Shown here in pieces: positions 38,615-47,995 of a stretch of 64,000 nt of DNA (its first letter is position 1; each line of letters starts with the position of its first letter). The notes under the pieces were generated by a model. It was not told where the DNA came from. It saw only the letters and a list, made by a program, of their open reading frames with translations, and ran no database searches. Source of the DNA: an uncultured Bdellovibrio sp. (GTDB lineage: Bacteria > Bdellovibrionota > Bdellovibrionia > Bdellovibrionales > Bdellovibrionaceae); NCBI GenBank assembly GCA_963932905.1, contig CAWVRN010000003.1:64001-128000 (forward strand), in the 5' to 3' direction. A program made the translations under genes and the position numbers.

Positions 38615-40026
38615 TAAATGGACCTTTCAAAAATTTGATTTTCAGTAAGGCCAAGATTTTTCTTCATCTCAAAGTATCTTGTTTTTCCAATTCCGAGTAA
38701 CGATATGAGTTTTTTATTGTCGCCGTTTAAAATTTGCAGAGCCCGTTTTAAATAATTTTTTTCAACCCAGTTGATGCCTAAGTTAAAAGTGTCAGCAGAA
38801 ATTTCGGTTTCAGATTGTGGAAATAGATCGTTCGGTATACCAATTTCAATAGTCGGCGCCGACTGACTTTGCAAACTCAAATGTTCAGATTTGATCCAAG
38901 TCTGAGAGTCGCTTTTTGTATGGATACAAGCCCGTTCAATGACATTATCAAGTTCGCGTATATTGCCGCGCCAAGTGTGCTTTTCTAATTTTTCTTTTGC
39001 GTCAGTCGTGAGCTTTGCAAGAGGATGGTATTTTTTAATAAACGCTTCGGCCAGGACAGGGATATCCTCTTTCTTTTCCCTCAGCGGTGTCGTATAAAGC
39101 ATTATTTTATTTAGTCTGTAAAACAGGTCTTCTCTGAACTTTCCTTCGTTGACCATTTTTTCTAAGTTGCGATTAGTTGCAGCTATAATTCGAACATCAA
39201 CGGCTATTTCCTTTTCTGAACCCACCGGAGTTATCACTTTTTCTTGCAACGCCCTAAGTAAACGAACCTGAGCTGACAAACTAAGTTCTCCGATTTCATC
39301 TAAAAAAAGATCGCCTTTGTTGGCCGCTACGAATAAGCCTTGATTATTTTCTGTTGCGCCAGTGAAGGAACCTTTTTTATGACCAAAAAGCGTGCTTTCA
39401 ATTAAATTTTCTGGGATGGCCCCACAGTTTATTGCCACAAACGGTCTTTTGATATTTCCTTCTTGCAGGTGAAATGTTCTAGCAATCAACTCTTTCCCGG
39501 TTCCAGCTTCGCCTTGAATAAGGACCGTCACATTTGTACCTTTGTATTTTGCGATTTCTGATTTTAATTTTAATGTGGATGTTGAATTTCCAAGAATTTG
39601 ATAATGTGACGATTCTTTTGCCACTGCAACTTTTGCTAAATCCGATGTCTCTTGTTTTATCGCCGACATTTTGAGGCAATTAGAAACTCTAAACTTCAAA
39701 CTCGCCACTAGGTCAGGCGAGTTCTTTACAACGTAATCGTCCGCACCAGATTTCATCATATTGACGATTACAGACGGATCGCTCTCACTTGTGAGAATGA
39801 TCACCGGAAAGTCTTTACTGCGCTGTTTTACGGCTCTAAGCACATCTAGACCCGAAACTTCAGGCATATTCAAATCAACGATCATTAAATCAGGACGAAC
39901 TTGACCAAGCAGTCTAAAGGCTACTCCTGCTTCGTTTGCTGTAATTACCTTATACTCATCAGATAGCGCAGCCTTAAGCTGATCGAGGTGATTTTGATCG
40001 TCATCTAATAGCAAAAGTGTATTCAT
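38614..40026 (-). CDS. Sigma54-dependent NtrC-family response regulator
   Basis: Receiver (LLDDD, DLNMP); AAA+ GEAGTGKE, GSFTGA, LFLDEIGE, FREDLFYRL, WRGNIREL; C-terminal HTH. Confidence 0.93.
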   Translation of the reverse strand: MNTLLLLDDDQNHLDQLKAALSDEYKVITANEAGVAFRLLGQVRPDLMIVDLNMPEVSGLDVLRAVKQRSKDFPVIILTSESDPSVIVNMMKSGADDYVVKNSPDLVASLKFRVSNCLKMSAIKQETSDLAKVAVAKESSHYQILGNSTSTLKLKSEIAKYKGTNVTVLIQGEAGTGKELIARTFHLQEGNIKRPFVAINCGAIPENLIESTLFGHKKGSFTGATENNQGLFVAANKGDLFLDEIGELSLSAQVRLLRALQEKVITPVGSEKEIAVDVRIIAATNRNLEKMVNEGKFREDLFYRLNKIMLYTTPLREKKEDIPVLAEAFIKKYHPLAKLTTDAKEKLEKHTWRGNIRELDNVIERACIHTKSDSQTWIKSEHLSLQSQSAPTIEIGIPNDLFPQSETEISADTFNLGINWVEKNYLKRALQILNGDNKKLISLLGIGKTRYFEMKKNLGLTENQIFERSI

Positions 40027-40053
40027 TTGCGCCCCCCTGACACTAACTAATAT

Positions 40054-40070
40054 AGCGAGAACAATGCCAG
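40054..40070 (-). promoter_or_regulatory. Sigma54 -24/-12 promoter of the regulator-to-DUF4135 operon
   Basis: CTGGCATTGTTCTCGCT = GG-N10-GC, 27 nt upstream of the ATG at 40026. Confidence 0.7.
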
Positions 40071-40156
40071 GTTCCGATTGCCGGAGCTAAAGCATTGAAT
40101 ATACTTTTAAATCGAATCTTTTCGAAGAATTAGACTGTTTCTTGAATTGCAGGCGG

Positions 40157-40174
40157 AGTTCGCCCTAACGAACT
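40157..40174. promoter_or_regulatory. Candidate upstream activator site
   Basis: AGTTCG-N6-CGAACT dyad about 90-100 bp upstream of the -24 element. Confidence 0.4.
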
Positions 40175-40267
40175 AAGTGTGAATTTTTTATAGGAAGTGT
40201 ATTGAATTGTGCTAAAAACTTAGCGGAAATTTGGATGAAATAGAAATGGAGTCAGACGGAGGTTTTG

Positions 40268-40304
40268 AAAAAAAATGGGCGGCCCCTATAGAATCAGGGC
40301 CGCC
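40268..40304 (-). terminator. Intrinsic terminator
   Basis: GGCGGCCC...GGGCCGCC stem followed by a T8 run on the minus strand. Confidence 0.65.
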
Positions 40305-40317
40305 GTGAGCGGCAGAA

Positions 40318-40518
40318 CTATTCAAGATCCTTTCTTACTGTATCAAGATCTTTTATGGTTTCATTTAGTATCGTATAAAATCCAAATAGAACGTCATCAT
40401 AATCTAGAGGTAACGAATGATCTGGATTTTGCGTTTCCAAAAAGTGACTGATAAATCGCATTTTAGATATGATAACGTGAAGTTGATCACTGGCATCTAC
40501 AGATTTGACCGGCTTCAT
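40318..40518 (-). CDS. Small hypothetical protein
   Basis: 66-aa ORF with AGGTG RBS and a terminator directly downstream. Confidence 0.5.
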   Translation of the reverse strand: MKPVKSVDASDQLHVIISKMRFISHFLETQNPDHSLPLDYDDVLFGFYTILNETIKDLDTVRKDLE

Positions 40519-40670
40519 ACATCACCTACCTAGTTAACTTTCGACTGTAATCAGAAAGTGATGAATGGCCTTTTTGTATTTGCTTTAGGACCATGATTTT
40601 TACCTCTCGGTGTATTTTCTCGGCGACATAACCGCTGCCAAATAAAATCATAAGAGCCAAAAAAATTTCT

Positions 40671-41279
40671 TTAACTGATTCCACTTTGCTCTCCTTTGTC
40701 ATTCACATTATTTTGGCTTTTGCCATAAAGTTCGACGGCAAAATCGAATACCTTTAAAACCGTTTCCTCTGTTAAATGCGATAGGATGACTTTCAAATAA
40801 TACCGTGCCGGTACGTTTAATGCCCTTTTATCCCGAGAGTAAAAATTTTTGAAACTTTCGGGACTATAGTTGTAAATCTTGATCAACCTATTTCTCAGCT
40901 CCAAAGAAGCTTTTCTTCTTCCATGCTCAATCTGAGTGATCAAACTTTCAGAGTAGCCAGACTCTATGGCAACTGCAAAAATAGTCTTTTTAGATTTCAG
41001 CCGAAGATACTTCAGGATTGGACCATCGTAAGAAATAGCTTTTCTGATTTCTGTTGATTTCGTTTGAGATAAGCACGCATGAATTAGCTTTTTGTGTTGA
41101 TCGCTATTATATAAGGCAAGTATCCTTTGGTACTCACCATCGTCAATGCGACACTTTGCTGATTCGTTTTCGATCCCACTCAACCAGCCAACACTACAGC
41201 CAATAACATTGGCTGCTTGCTTAAGGTTGAGTTTGTTAACCAGTCGAAGCTTTCTTAAGACAACTCCTCGGTTCTTCAT
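40671..41279 (-). CDS. Tandem XRE-family HTH regulator
   Basis: Two HTH_3-like units (LRKLR...LSGIEN; LKYLR...ITQIEHG); GGAGG RBS. Confidence 0.75.
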   Translation of the reverse strand: MKNRGVVLRKLRLVNKLNLKQAANVIGCSVGWLSGIENESAKCRIDDGEYQRILALYNSDQHKKLIHACLSQTKSTEIRKAISYDGPILKYLRLKSKKTIFAVAIESGYSESLITQIEHGRRKASLELRNRLIKIYNYSPESFKNFYSRDKRALNVPARYYLKVILSHLTEETVLKVFDFAVELYGKSQNNVNDKGEQSGIS

Positions 41280-41535
41280 TTTCGCCTCCTTTTGCGATGT
41301 AGAGGCTCCTCAAAAATTGAAATGGTGTAAAAATTTACAGAGGTTCAAGAAATTTGAAATTCGGTAAATATTCACAAAAGATTTTTTATTTGGCAGGGAA
41401 ATGGAAGGGAACATGGGTCATGTTGGGGGTCTATAAGGGGTCTTCGCTAAAAAATAGAAATAGACATGTTAGTGTTTCTAAGTATTTAGCTCTATTAGTG
41501 TTTTGCTTTAAAAGTGTGGAAACTAGAGAAAAGAT

Positions 41536-41612
<77 letters not shown>

Positions 41613-41728
41613 ATAAATGTTGTCTCACCTTGCGCGTTTGGCGTTTTAAAGTCAAGCTTTATAATCCTGCCCACCAACAAAGAAAAAAATTCTTTAAATT
41701 ATCGAAAAAATGAATGAAATAGACTATA

Positions 41729-43192
41729 TTGAATCTCTCTCCCGAGGTGCTTATGAATGCATTTGATTCCGTTTTATTGGTTTTGCTTGGCTTATTGGCA
41801 GTTTCTGTTGGTTTTTTCTTCTATCTTTGGAAGAAATCTGTCGGTGATCATAAAAATAGCATCTTGCAGCTGGAAAAAGAAAATGAACTGAAGGTCCAGC
41901 TAGGCCAGCAAGGAATTTTGTCTCAAATCAAAGTCCTAGAGAGCGAAAATAAGGAACTTCGCCTTCAAAATACTGACCTTAAATCGGAAGCCAACCACCT
42001 AAACAGCAAAATCATTGGCTTAACTGAAGCTCGCTCAAAATTAGAATCTGAAATCGAGCAAACCAAAAAACACTTTAACGAACAATTAGCTTTCGTTGAA
42101 TCGGCTAAAGAAAAACTTTTAGAAAACTTCAAAAGTTTATCTTTAGATTCACTCAATCAAAACAACTCATCGTTCCTTCATTTAGCTAAATCTAGTTTTG
42201 ATACTTTGAACCAATTAAATCTAAAAGAACTAGATCAGCGTCGCACGGAAATCAAAGACACCGTTAACCCAATTTATGAAACTCTAAATAAGTTTGAAAA
42301 CAAAATTAACGAACTGGAAAAAAACAGAATCGAATCGTTCACCAACTTGTATTCACATTTTAATTTCCTAAAAGAATCACAAGAAAAATTACGTAACGAA
42401 ACATCGAATTTAGTCAAAGCACTTCGCACCCCGCACGTTCGTGGTCGCTGGGGTGAACTACAATTAAAACGCGTAGTTGAAATCGCCGGCATGCTAGAAC
42501 ACTGCGATTTCTATCAGCAGGAATCTGTCGACACCGAAGAAGGCAAACTGCGTCCCGACATGGTTGTCCGGTTGCCGGGTAAAAAATCAATCATCGTCGA
42601 TTCTAAGGCCGTCCTTCATGCTTACCTTGAAGCCGCTCAAACAGAAGATGAAACTCTAAAAAAAGAATTATTGTTACAACATGCGAATCATATTCGCGTG
42701 CGTATCACCGAATTGAGCAAAAAATCGTATTGGGAACAATTTGAAGAGTCACCTGAATTTGTCGTCCTTTTCCTTCCTGGCGAAAGCTTCTTCAGCTCGG
42801 CACTTGAAGTTTCTCCGATGTTGATTGAAGAAGGCGTCTCTGAAAAGGTCATCTTAGCTACTCCAACGACTTTGATCGCTTTGTTAAAAGCTGTATCGTA
42901 TGGCTGGAAACAAGCCTCATTGACAGAGAACGCAACGCAAATCAGTCAGTTAGGCAAAGAACTTTACAAGCGACTTCTAGATATGCGCAGCCATTTTGAA
43001 AAACTGGGCAATCAATTAAGCGCTTCCGTTGAGAGCTACAACAAAACAATGGCCAGCTATGAAACTCGTGTCCTAGTGTCAGCGCGACGATTTAAGGAAC
43101 TAAAATCGATTGATGGTAATGACGAAATGGAACTTTTAGAGCCTATCGAGAAAACAACTCGCGCACTAGCCATCGACGCACCTAAAGAGTAA
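41729..43192 (+). CDS. rmuC: DNA recombination protein RmuC
   Basis: N-terminal TM and coiled coil; RGRWGELQL, RPDMVV, VDSK, ATPTTL; start probably ATG 41753. Confidence 0.93.
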   Translation: MNLSPEVLMNAFDSVLLVLLGLLAVSVGFFFYLWKKSVGDHKNSILQLEKENELKVQLGQQGILSQIKVLESENKELRLQNTDLKSEANHLNSKIIGLTEARSKLESEIEQTKKHFNEQLAFVESAKEKLLENFKSLSLDSLNQNNSSFLHLAKSSFDTLNQLNLKELDQRRTEIKDTVNPIYETLNKFENKINELEKNRIESFTNLYSHFNFLKESQEKLRNETSNLVKALRTPHVRGRWGELQLKRVVEIAGMLEHCDFYQQESVDTEEGKLRPDMVVRLPGKKSIIVDSKAVLHAYLEAAQTEDETLKKELLLQHANHIRVRITELSKKSYWEQFEESPEFVVLFLPGESFFSSALEVSPMLIEEGVSEKVILATPTTLIALLKAVSYGWKQASLTENATQISQLGKELYKRLLDMRSHFEKLGNQLSASVESYNKTMASYETRVLVSARRFKELKSIDGNDEMELLEPIEKTTRALAIDAPKE

Positions 43193-43194
43193 TT

Positions 43195-43212
43195 TAGGCA
43201 TATTTTTCGCAA
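43195..43212 (+). promoter_or_regulatory. Putative sigma54 promoter
   Basis: TAGGCATATTTTTCGCAA = GG-N10-GC, 28 nt upstream of ATG 43241. Confidence 0.5.
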
Positions 43213-43240
43213 GCCCTATCTTTTGTACAAAGGGGGCTCT

Positions 43241-43597
43241 ATGGCTAAACCGAACGCACAAAATACGATAGAAAACTCAGATAGTTCTACTCGCCCAACA
43301 CCGGAACTAGAAAACCTAGCAAGCGACAAAGAAGCCGTCTTTAATCGCGGCGATGAATCAGGCATTCTTGCCGATCAAGACATGACAAACGAACACGATA
43401 TCACAGGTTTAGATGAAAACATGGGCGCGATTTCAAACTCGATGGATTCGCTGGAAGACGAACCCGAAGAATTTCTTCAAGGCGACGTCGATGTCTTCAC
43501 ACAAATGAATCGTACCACACGCGCCATGGAAAAGGCGATCGATGATTCTGAAGGCCGCCGGGCTCATCCCAAACACGACACCTACAAACAACACTGA
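43241..43597 (+). CDS. Acidic hydrophilic hypothetical protein
   Basis: ATG after a GGGGG RBS; D/E-rich. Confidence 0.65.
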   Translation: MAKPNAQNTIENSDSSTRPTPELENLASDKEAVFNRGDESGILADQDMTNEHDITGLDENMGAISNSMDSLEDEPEEFLQGDVDVFTQMNRTTRAMEKAIDDSEGRRAHPKHDTYKQH

Positions 43598-43606
43598 GGG
43601 GGATTA

Positions 43607-43936
43607 ATGCCACATGCACACCAAAGTAAAAGTTTTGGATCCGAAAACAATGGCTCTATTAGCCCTGTTAAAAACCAAAAACACATCACGAATTTCTTAA
43701 AAGGTCGTTCACGTGCTTGGCCAAGCGCAGTCCATCGGGAACTAGTCGATCTAGTATGTACCTTGTCCCTTGATGAATTAGATAACCATCAGCGATCACT
43801 TTGTGAAGGATATCATTCAAAGGCAGAATACAACACGTTTCACAGTCACGACATGCTTGAAGAAGTTCCTTATTCAAAATCTAAACGCTGGGTTGCAATA
43901 GCGGCATCCCTATCGGATTGTCACCAAATCCGGTAG
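43607..43936 (+). CDS. Hypothetical protein
   Basis: 109-aa ORF with GAGGGG RBS directly after the previous gene. Confidence 0.55.
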   Translation: MPHAHQSKSFGSENNGSISPVKNQKHITNFLKGRSRAWPSAVHRELVDLVCTLSLDELDNHQRSLCEGYHSKAEYNTFHSHDMLEEVPYSKSKRWVAIAASLSDCHQIR

Positions 43937-44022
43937 AAATATATCTCCCTCTAGTTTAAGACTATTTCATGTAGAATGATTTTTTTTTTCATTTCTTTAG
44001 CGCATCCCTAAGATACAGACAC

Positions 44023-44047
44023 AGAAGCAAGTAAATCACTTGCTTCT
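44023..44047. terminator. Hairpin between convergent genes
   Basis: AGAAGCAAGT-AAATC-ACTTGCTTCT. Confidence 0.55.
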
Positions 44048-44060
44048 ATGTGCTATACTT

Positions 44061-44321
44061 TTATGACAATGCAGAACGACGGGAACCTAGAAATTTCATT
44101 AACGCTAAGACGATGACCGCACCAAGAGTTGCTCCGATAAAACCGGCGGGCTCATCGACACGATAGATTCCAAAAGCTTGACCCAAATAAGTTCCGATAA
44201 ATGCACCAACAATACCGACTAATGTAGTTAACCAGAATCCCAACTTATCATCACCCGGCTTAATCATTCGCGCTAGCAATCCCACTAAGAAACCGATAAT
44301 AATTGTACCAATAATACCCAT
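44061..44321 (-). CDS. GlsB/YeaQ/YmgE-family stress membrane protein
   Basis: IIGFLVGLLARMIKPG...GIVGAFIG; AGGAGG RBS. Confidence 0.9.
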   Translation of the reverse strand: MGIIGTIIIGFLVGLLARMIKPGDDKLGFWLTTLVGIVGAFIGTYLGQAFGIYRVDEPAGFIGATLGAVIVLALMKFLGSRRSALS

Positions 44322-44346
44322 AGAACCTCCTGTTATAGATGACCTA

Positions 44347-44363
44347 TGCAGTGGTTATGCCAA
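44347..44363 (-). promoter_or_regulatory. Sigma54 promoter of the glsB-like gene
   Basis: TTGGCATAACCACTGCA = GG-N10-GC. Confidence 0.65.
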
Positions 44364-44548
44364 GCATCAGTCTAAGATTCTAAACACCGCACTTGAATCA
44401 AAGGTCGATGGAACTTGGTGAACGAAACTCATCATTTTTTTTCGAATCAGAGAACTTCGTTTGCCTTAAGATATGGTATCCTGCCAAGACGTCTCAATTA
44501 TTTTTCTTTTAAATTACGCAAATTTTGTATCTGGTAAAACGGTTTTTT

Positions 44549-45448
44549 TCATATCAAAGGTTTAACTAAAGGAGCCAGGCCTGCCGCACAAACGGCGTTA
44601 AGGTCGTCAATCACCCAGTCTGTCATTTCAGGGGTTTTAATGTCATCCGGTTGATGTACGATGAAATAAAATTGTTTTAATCCCATTTCCTGCCACTCAT
44701 TAATTTTCAACGACCATAATTTAGCGCGATCAAAATCTGTCGAGTGCAAATTATTTCCAATCAATCGTAACGTCGAAAACGGTGCACTTACTGAACTATG
44801 AAGAACATCACGACGACCCGCTACATCAGTAATCACTAAACCAATTCCACGACCTTGAAGATACTCAACCAACGGAGGAAAAACATGTCCGTCTTGAAAC
44901 CAACTTGGATGGCGCAATTCAATGGCTAATTCATACGTATCTGGCCACGATTTTAGAAAATGAAATAGCTCCAGTTTATAAGCATAACTAAATGTCGGTG
45001 GCAGTTGCAGAAAGCACGGCCCCAGTTTCAATCCAAAACCATCGATCGCTTTGATCCAAGCACCTAAAGTTTGTACATCTCGCAATCCACCCTGATCATG
45101 GGAAATCGCCTGCGGAATTTTCGGCAAAAAATGAAAATCATTAGGCACTTTGCTTACCCATGTCGAAACATTTTTAGTCGTCGGAATACGATAGTGAGTC
45201 GTGTTCAATTCAATACAATTGAAATTTCTTGAATAGTAAAATAGGTATTCTGATGCCGGTGTCTTGGGTGGATAAATGCGCCCAACCCATTCTTTGTGGC
45301 TCCAAGCTGGTGCGCCGATATAAAATTTGGTTTTTTTAATACTAGCCGCCTGCGCGGATAAAAATGGTCGAGTCAATGGGTCTTCCGATGGCAGATTCCA
45401 TTGAATAGAGTTAATTTTAGTTAAGTTCTCGACCCTACCAAATTCCAT
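44549..45448 (-). CDS. DUF72 family protein
   Basis: W.GRIYP, IELNTTHY, FLQLPP, ELRHPSW. Confidence 0.9.
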   Translation of the reverse strand: MEFGRVENLTKINSIQWNLPSEDPLTRPFLSAQAASIKKTKFYIGAPAWSHKEWVGRIYPPKTPASEYLFYYSRNFNCIELNTTHYRIPTTKNVSTWVSKVPNDFHFLPKIPQAISHDQGGLRDVQTLGAWIKAIDGFGLKLGPCFLQLPPTFSYAYKLELFHFLKSWPDTYELAIELRHPSWFQDGHVFPPLVEYLQGRGIGLVITDVAGRRDVLHSSVSAPFSTLRLIGNNLHSTDFDRAKLWSLKINEWQEMGLKQFYFIVHQPDDIKTPEMTDWVIDDLNAVCAAGLAPLVKPLI

Positions 45449-45482
45449 GTCCTAACCTTAAATGCTAGTGACGATTTTGTCA

Positions 45483-45881
45483 TCAATGCATTTTAATAAC
45501 GACCTTGCGAAATTCTTCTTTATTGTCGTTAAAGTTTTTATACGCGTCTGGGCCCTGATCAATTTTGATTCGATGACTAATAACAAACGAGGGATCAATT
45601 TTATCTTCTAAAATTAGTTTTAAAAGAGGTTTCATATATTTTTGGGTGTGGGTTTGGTGGGTCTATCCGTCGCTAAAAACAACGCGGCCTTGGCTCGATC
45701 CATCGTCGCCGTTACTGTTTGCCCATATGGTGGGAATATAACCATTATATAGATGCAGGTCGGAACCGCAGATAGCAGCTGTAGTAATTTTAATGATAAC
45801 ATCATCGTGCCTTAGAATTTTTGGATCTCTCACGTTTTTTACGGAAATGGAATGTTTCCCTTCCCAAGTTAATGCTTTCAT
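45483..45881 (-). pseudogene. Zn-dependent alcohol/formaldehyde dehydrogenase-like pseudogene with two internal deletions
   Basis: N-terminus MKALTW...ICGSDLHLY, middle fragment DRAKAALFLATDRP and C-terminus QTHTQKYMKPLL...IDPSFVISH...KVVIK sit within about 400 bp, separated by frameshifts. Confidence 0.8.
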
Positions 45882-45892
45882 AACTATTCCTT

Positions 45893-46516
45893 TCAATGCT
45901 TCATCGATGAAGGCTTGTCTTCGTCACGACCACTCGACTGCCCTTTAATCGTTGGTACGTGACCGGTTTCGCAAAATGCTTGTAAACGTATCAAGTTCCT
46001 TTTTGATAACATCTCGGCATCGTTACCGAATAGTTTTTCAAATAATCCTACAATATCACCGACCGTAGTTTCGTACATGACCATCATACGTGCCACCGTT
46101 CCACGGTCAGCAGCAGCCCGTTCTAGAATCAAACCCACAGAATATTTGAACCCAGCGGAATCTTCCGATTCCCACACGTAAGTATTTTTTAATTTATTCA
46201 ACTCAACAACCATTGGAATTCTAAGCTCCAGGTTGTAATCGTCTTCATCTCGGAATCTCCAATTGTAACGACCTTCCACTACGGATTCGATCGCTTCTAA
46301 ATTTTCCATAAATAGAGGCAAATTTTGAATATCGCTTACTATAGCCGCCACATCTTCTAAAGATCTTTTGATAGTCACAGAAATCGGTCGTTTATGTGCA
46401 GCTTCTTCTTTGTTATAACGTGTGAAAAAATCTTGTGAATGCCGCCCTGGATTTTCGATACTAAGACCTAATGAGTGCGGGACCAAATTTTCATTTACCA
46501 CTGAAATTCCTTTCAT
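45893..46516 (-). CDS. SRPBCC (polyketide cyclase/dehydrase-like) protein
   Basis: SVTIKR...NLPLFM...ETGHVPTIKGQSSGR; family often found next to this dehydrogenase. Confidence 0.75.
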   Translation of the reverse strand: MKGISVVNENLVPHSLGLSIENPGRHSQDFFTRYNKEEAAHKRPISVTIKRSLEDVAAIVSDIQNLPLFMENLEAIESVVEGRYNWRFRDEDDYNLELRIPMVVELNKLKNTYVWESEDSAGFKYSVGLILERAAADRGTVARMMVMYETTVGDIVGLFEKLFGNDAEMLSKRNLIRLQAFCETGHVPTIKGQSSGRDEDKPSSMKH

Positions 46517-46746
46517 GGAGTTAACGCCCCAGTTAATGGCTCAACTTCGCACTTTCATATATTATTGCAAGATGCGATCCGAATTTTTCATGTGGATTCA
46601 CAAAACTAAAAACGTAAACGCGGGGACGCTGTGGTCAACATAGAAAGCGTCTTTGAAAGCTGATCGATGGCAAATTGGTTTTCCCGGGGCGTTTTTCTAG
46701 CTAGCGACGACCAAAAGTGGTTCCTGTTTTACCCCACTCCCAATGA

Positions 46747-46947
46747 GTTTGCGGCAGTTTTGCGCACACAGATTTTAATCGCGAACTTGAAATCATCAAT
46801 TTGAATATTATATCGCTAGTCTACTTAACAAAATTAGTGCTACCCGATATGATCAAGCGTAAATCAGGACGACTATTATTTACATCGTCTATTGCCGCCG
46901 ACATGCAAGGTCATGATATTAAGCCAGGATCGACTTACCAGCATTAA
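46747..46947 (+). pseudogene. Short-chain dehydrogenase (SDR) internal fragment
   Basis: FAHTDFNRELEIINLNIISLVYLTKLVLPDMIKRKSGRLLFTSSIAA with no start, no GxxxGxG and no YxxxK. Confidence 0.65.
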
Positions 46948-46980
46948 TCAGAACTTGGGAGCTCTTGCTGTTCAGCCTCC

Positions 46981-47892
46981 CTATTTTAAATTTTCCTTAA
47001 TTCGTTTAATTACCATCTGCAATAAGGACGAGGGAACCAAATCATCACGTACCGATAAATAAATTTTTTTCTCAACCCCAGGCCAGTCCTCGACTTTAAT
47101 TTCTGAAATCAAACCGAAATCCACGGCTCTTTGAGCGAGTACAACGGGAACGAAAGCTAAGTGTTGTGATGCAATGATAATTTCAAGTGCCGTTTCCCCT
47201 GTTGTTGCTTCGTGACCAGCTATGCGAACCCCCCAAGGCAACGGACAGTGATCTTCACCACGTATAAAACCTTGCGAACTCCAGCCCGTCGGCATAACGA
47301 ATGGATATTTTACTACATCCGCAGAGGCCGTCGTTTTTAGCTTTGTTAACGGATGATTTTTAGATCCATATAAACCCCAGCGCATGTTTCCAATTTCGTA
47401 GGAACTCCACACGCGAGTCCATTCCAGCACACCTATATGAACGGCCATTTCAAAAGCACCATTCAGGCCATGCGCTACCAAAGAATTATTCCCAAACTCG
47501 ACCAATCGAAATCGGGTGCGCATGCGAGCATCACAGATGGGCTCTAATAACGGCGGCAAAACACGACTGCTAATAAAACTTAACGATCCAATTCCCCACA
47601 CTTTGTTTCCTGAATTTTTTTTACTAGACGCCGGGGCCATAGGCGCCGTTAACTTTAACACTTTCTCAGCGATTTCCATTAACTCGTTTCCTTCTGAAGT
47701 TAACAGGATTCCTGACACAGATCTTCGTAGTAAACTTTTACCTACTTTCTGCTCTAAACGCTTGATAACTTTGGAAACTGCACCTGGGGTCATATCCAAC
47801 TGGCGCGCGCATTCGCGTAGTGATTTTAATTTGGCGGCTCGAAAAAACAAATCTAGATCGGCCAAGCCGACATTAGGCATAAGCAAACTCAT
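46981..47892 (-). CDS. LysR-family transcriptional regulator
   Basis: SLRECARQL.MTPGAVSK.IKRLE...LTSEG HTH; about 300 aa. Confidence 0.9.
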   Translation of the reverse strand: MSLLMPNVGLADLDLFFRAAKLKSLRECARQLDMTPGAVSKVIKRLEQKVGKSLLRRSVSGILLTSEGNELMEIAEKVLKLTAPMAPASSKKNSGNKVWGIGSLSFISSRVLPPLLEPICDARMRTRFRLVEFGNNSLVAHGLNGAFEMAVHIGVLEWTRVWSSYEIGNMRWGLYGSKNHPLTKLKTTASADVVKYPFVMPTGWSSQGFIRGEDHCPLPWGVRIAGHEATTGETALEIIIASQHLAFVPVVLAQRAVDFGLISEIKVEDWPGVEKKIYLSVRDDLVPSSLLQMVIKRIKENLK

Positions 47893-47914
47893 GCATAAGA
47901 GATACCATCAATGA

Positions 47915-47927
47915 TTCCAATTTGGAA
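47915..47927. promoter_or_regulatory. LysR-type T-N11-A box
   Basis: TTCCAA-T-TTGGAA in the divergent intergenic region. Confidence 0.6.
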
Positions 47928-47995
47928 ACACTAATCGACAATTTGAACGGCTTACATGCACAGATTTTTACTACTATATGTAAATTCAAGAAGGG

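Larger units (their letters stand above)
1..41535. mobile_element. Probable tRNA-anchored genomic island (left end outside window)
   Basis: Accessory cargo abuts the tRNA 3' end with an XRE regulator at the junction; no integrase or att repeat seen in the window. Confidence 0.5.

Noticed and set aside
46565..46582. GG-N10-GC on the minus strand upstream of the SRPBCC gene
   Set aside because: Spacing fits but the -24 context (CGGAT) is poor; could be chance
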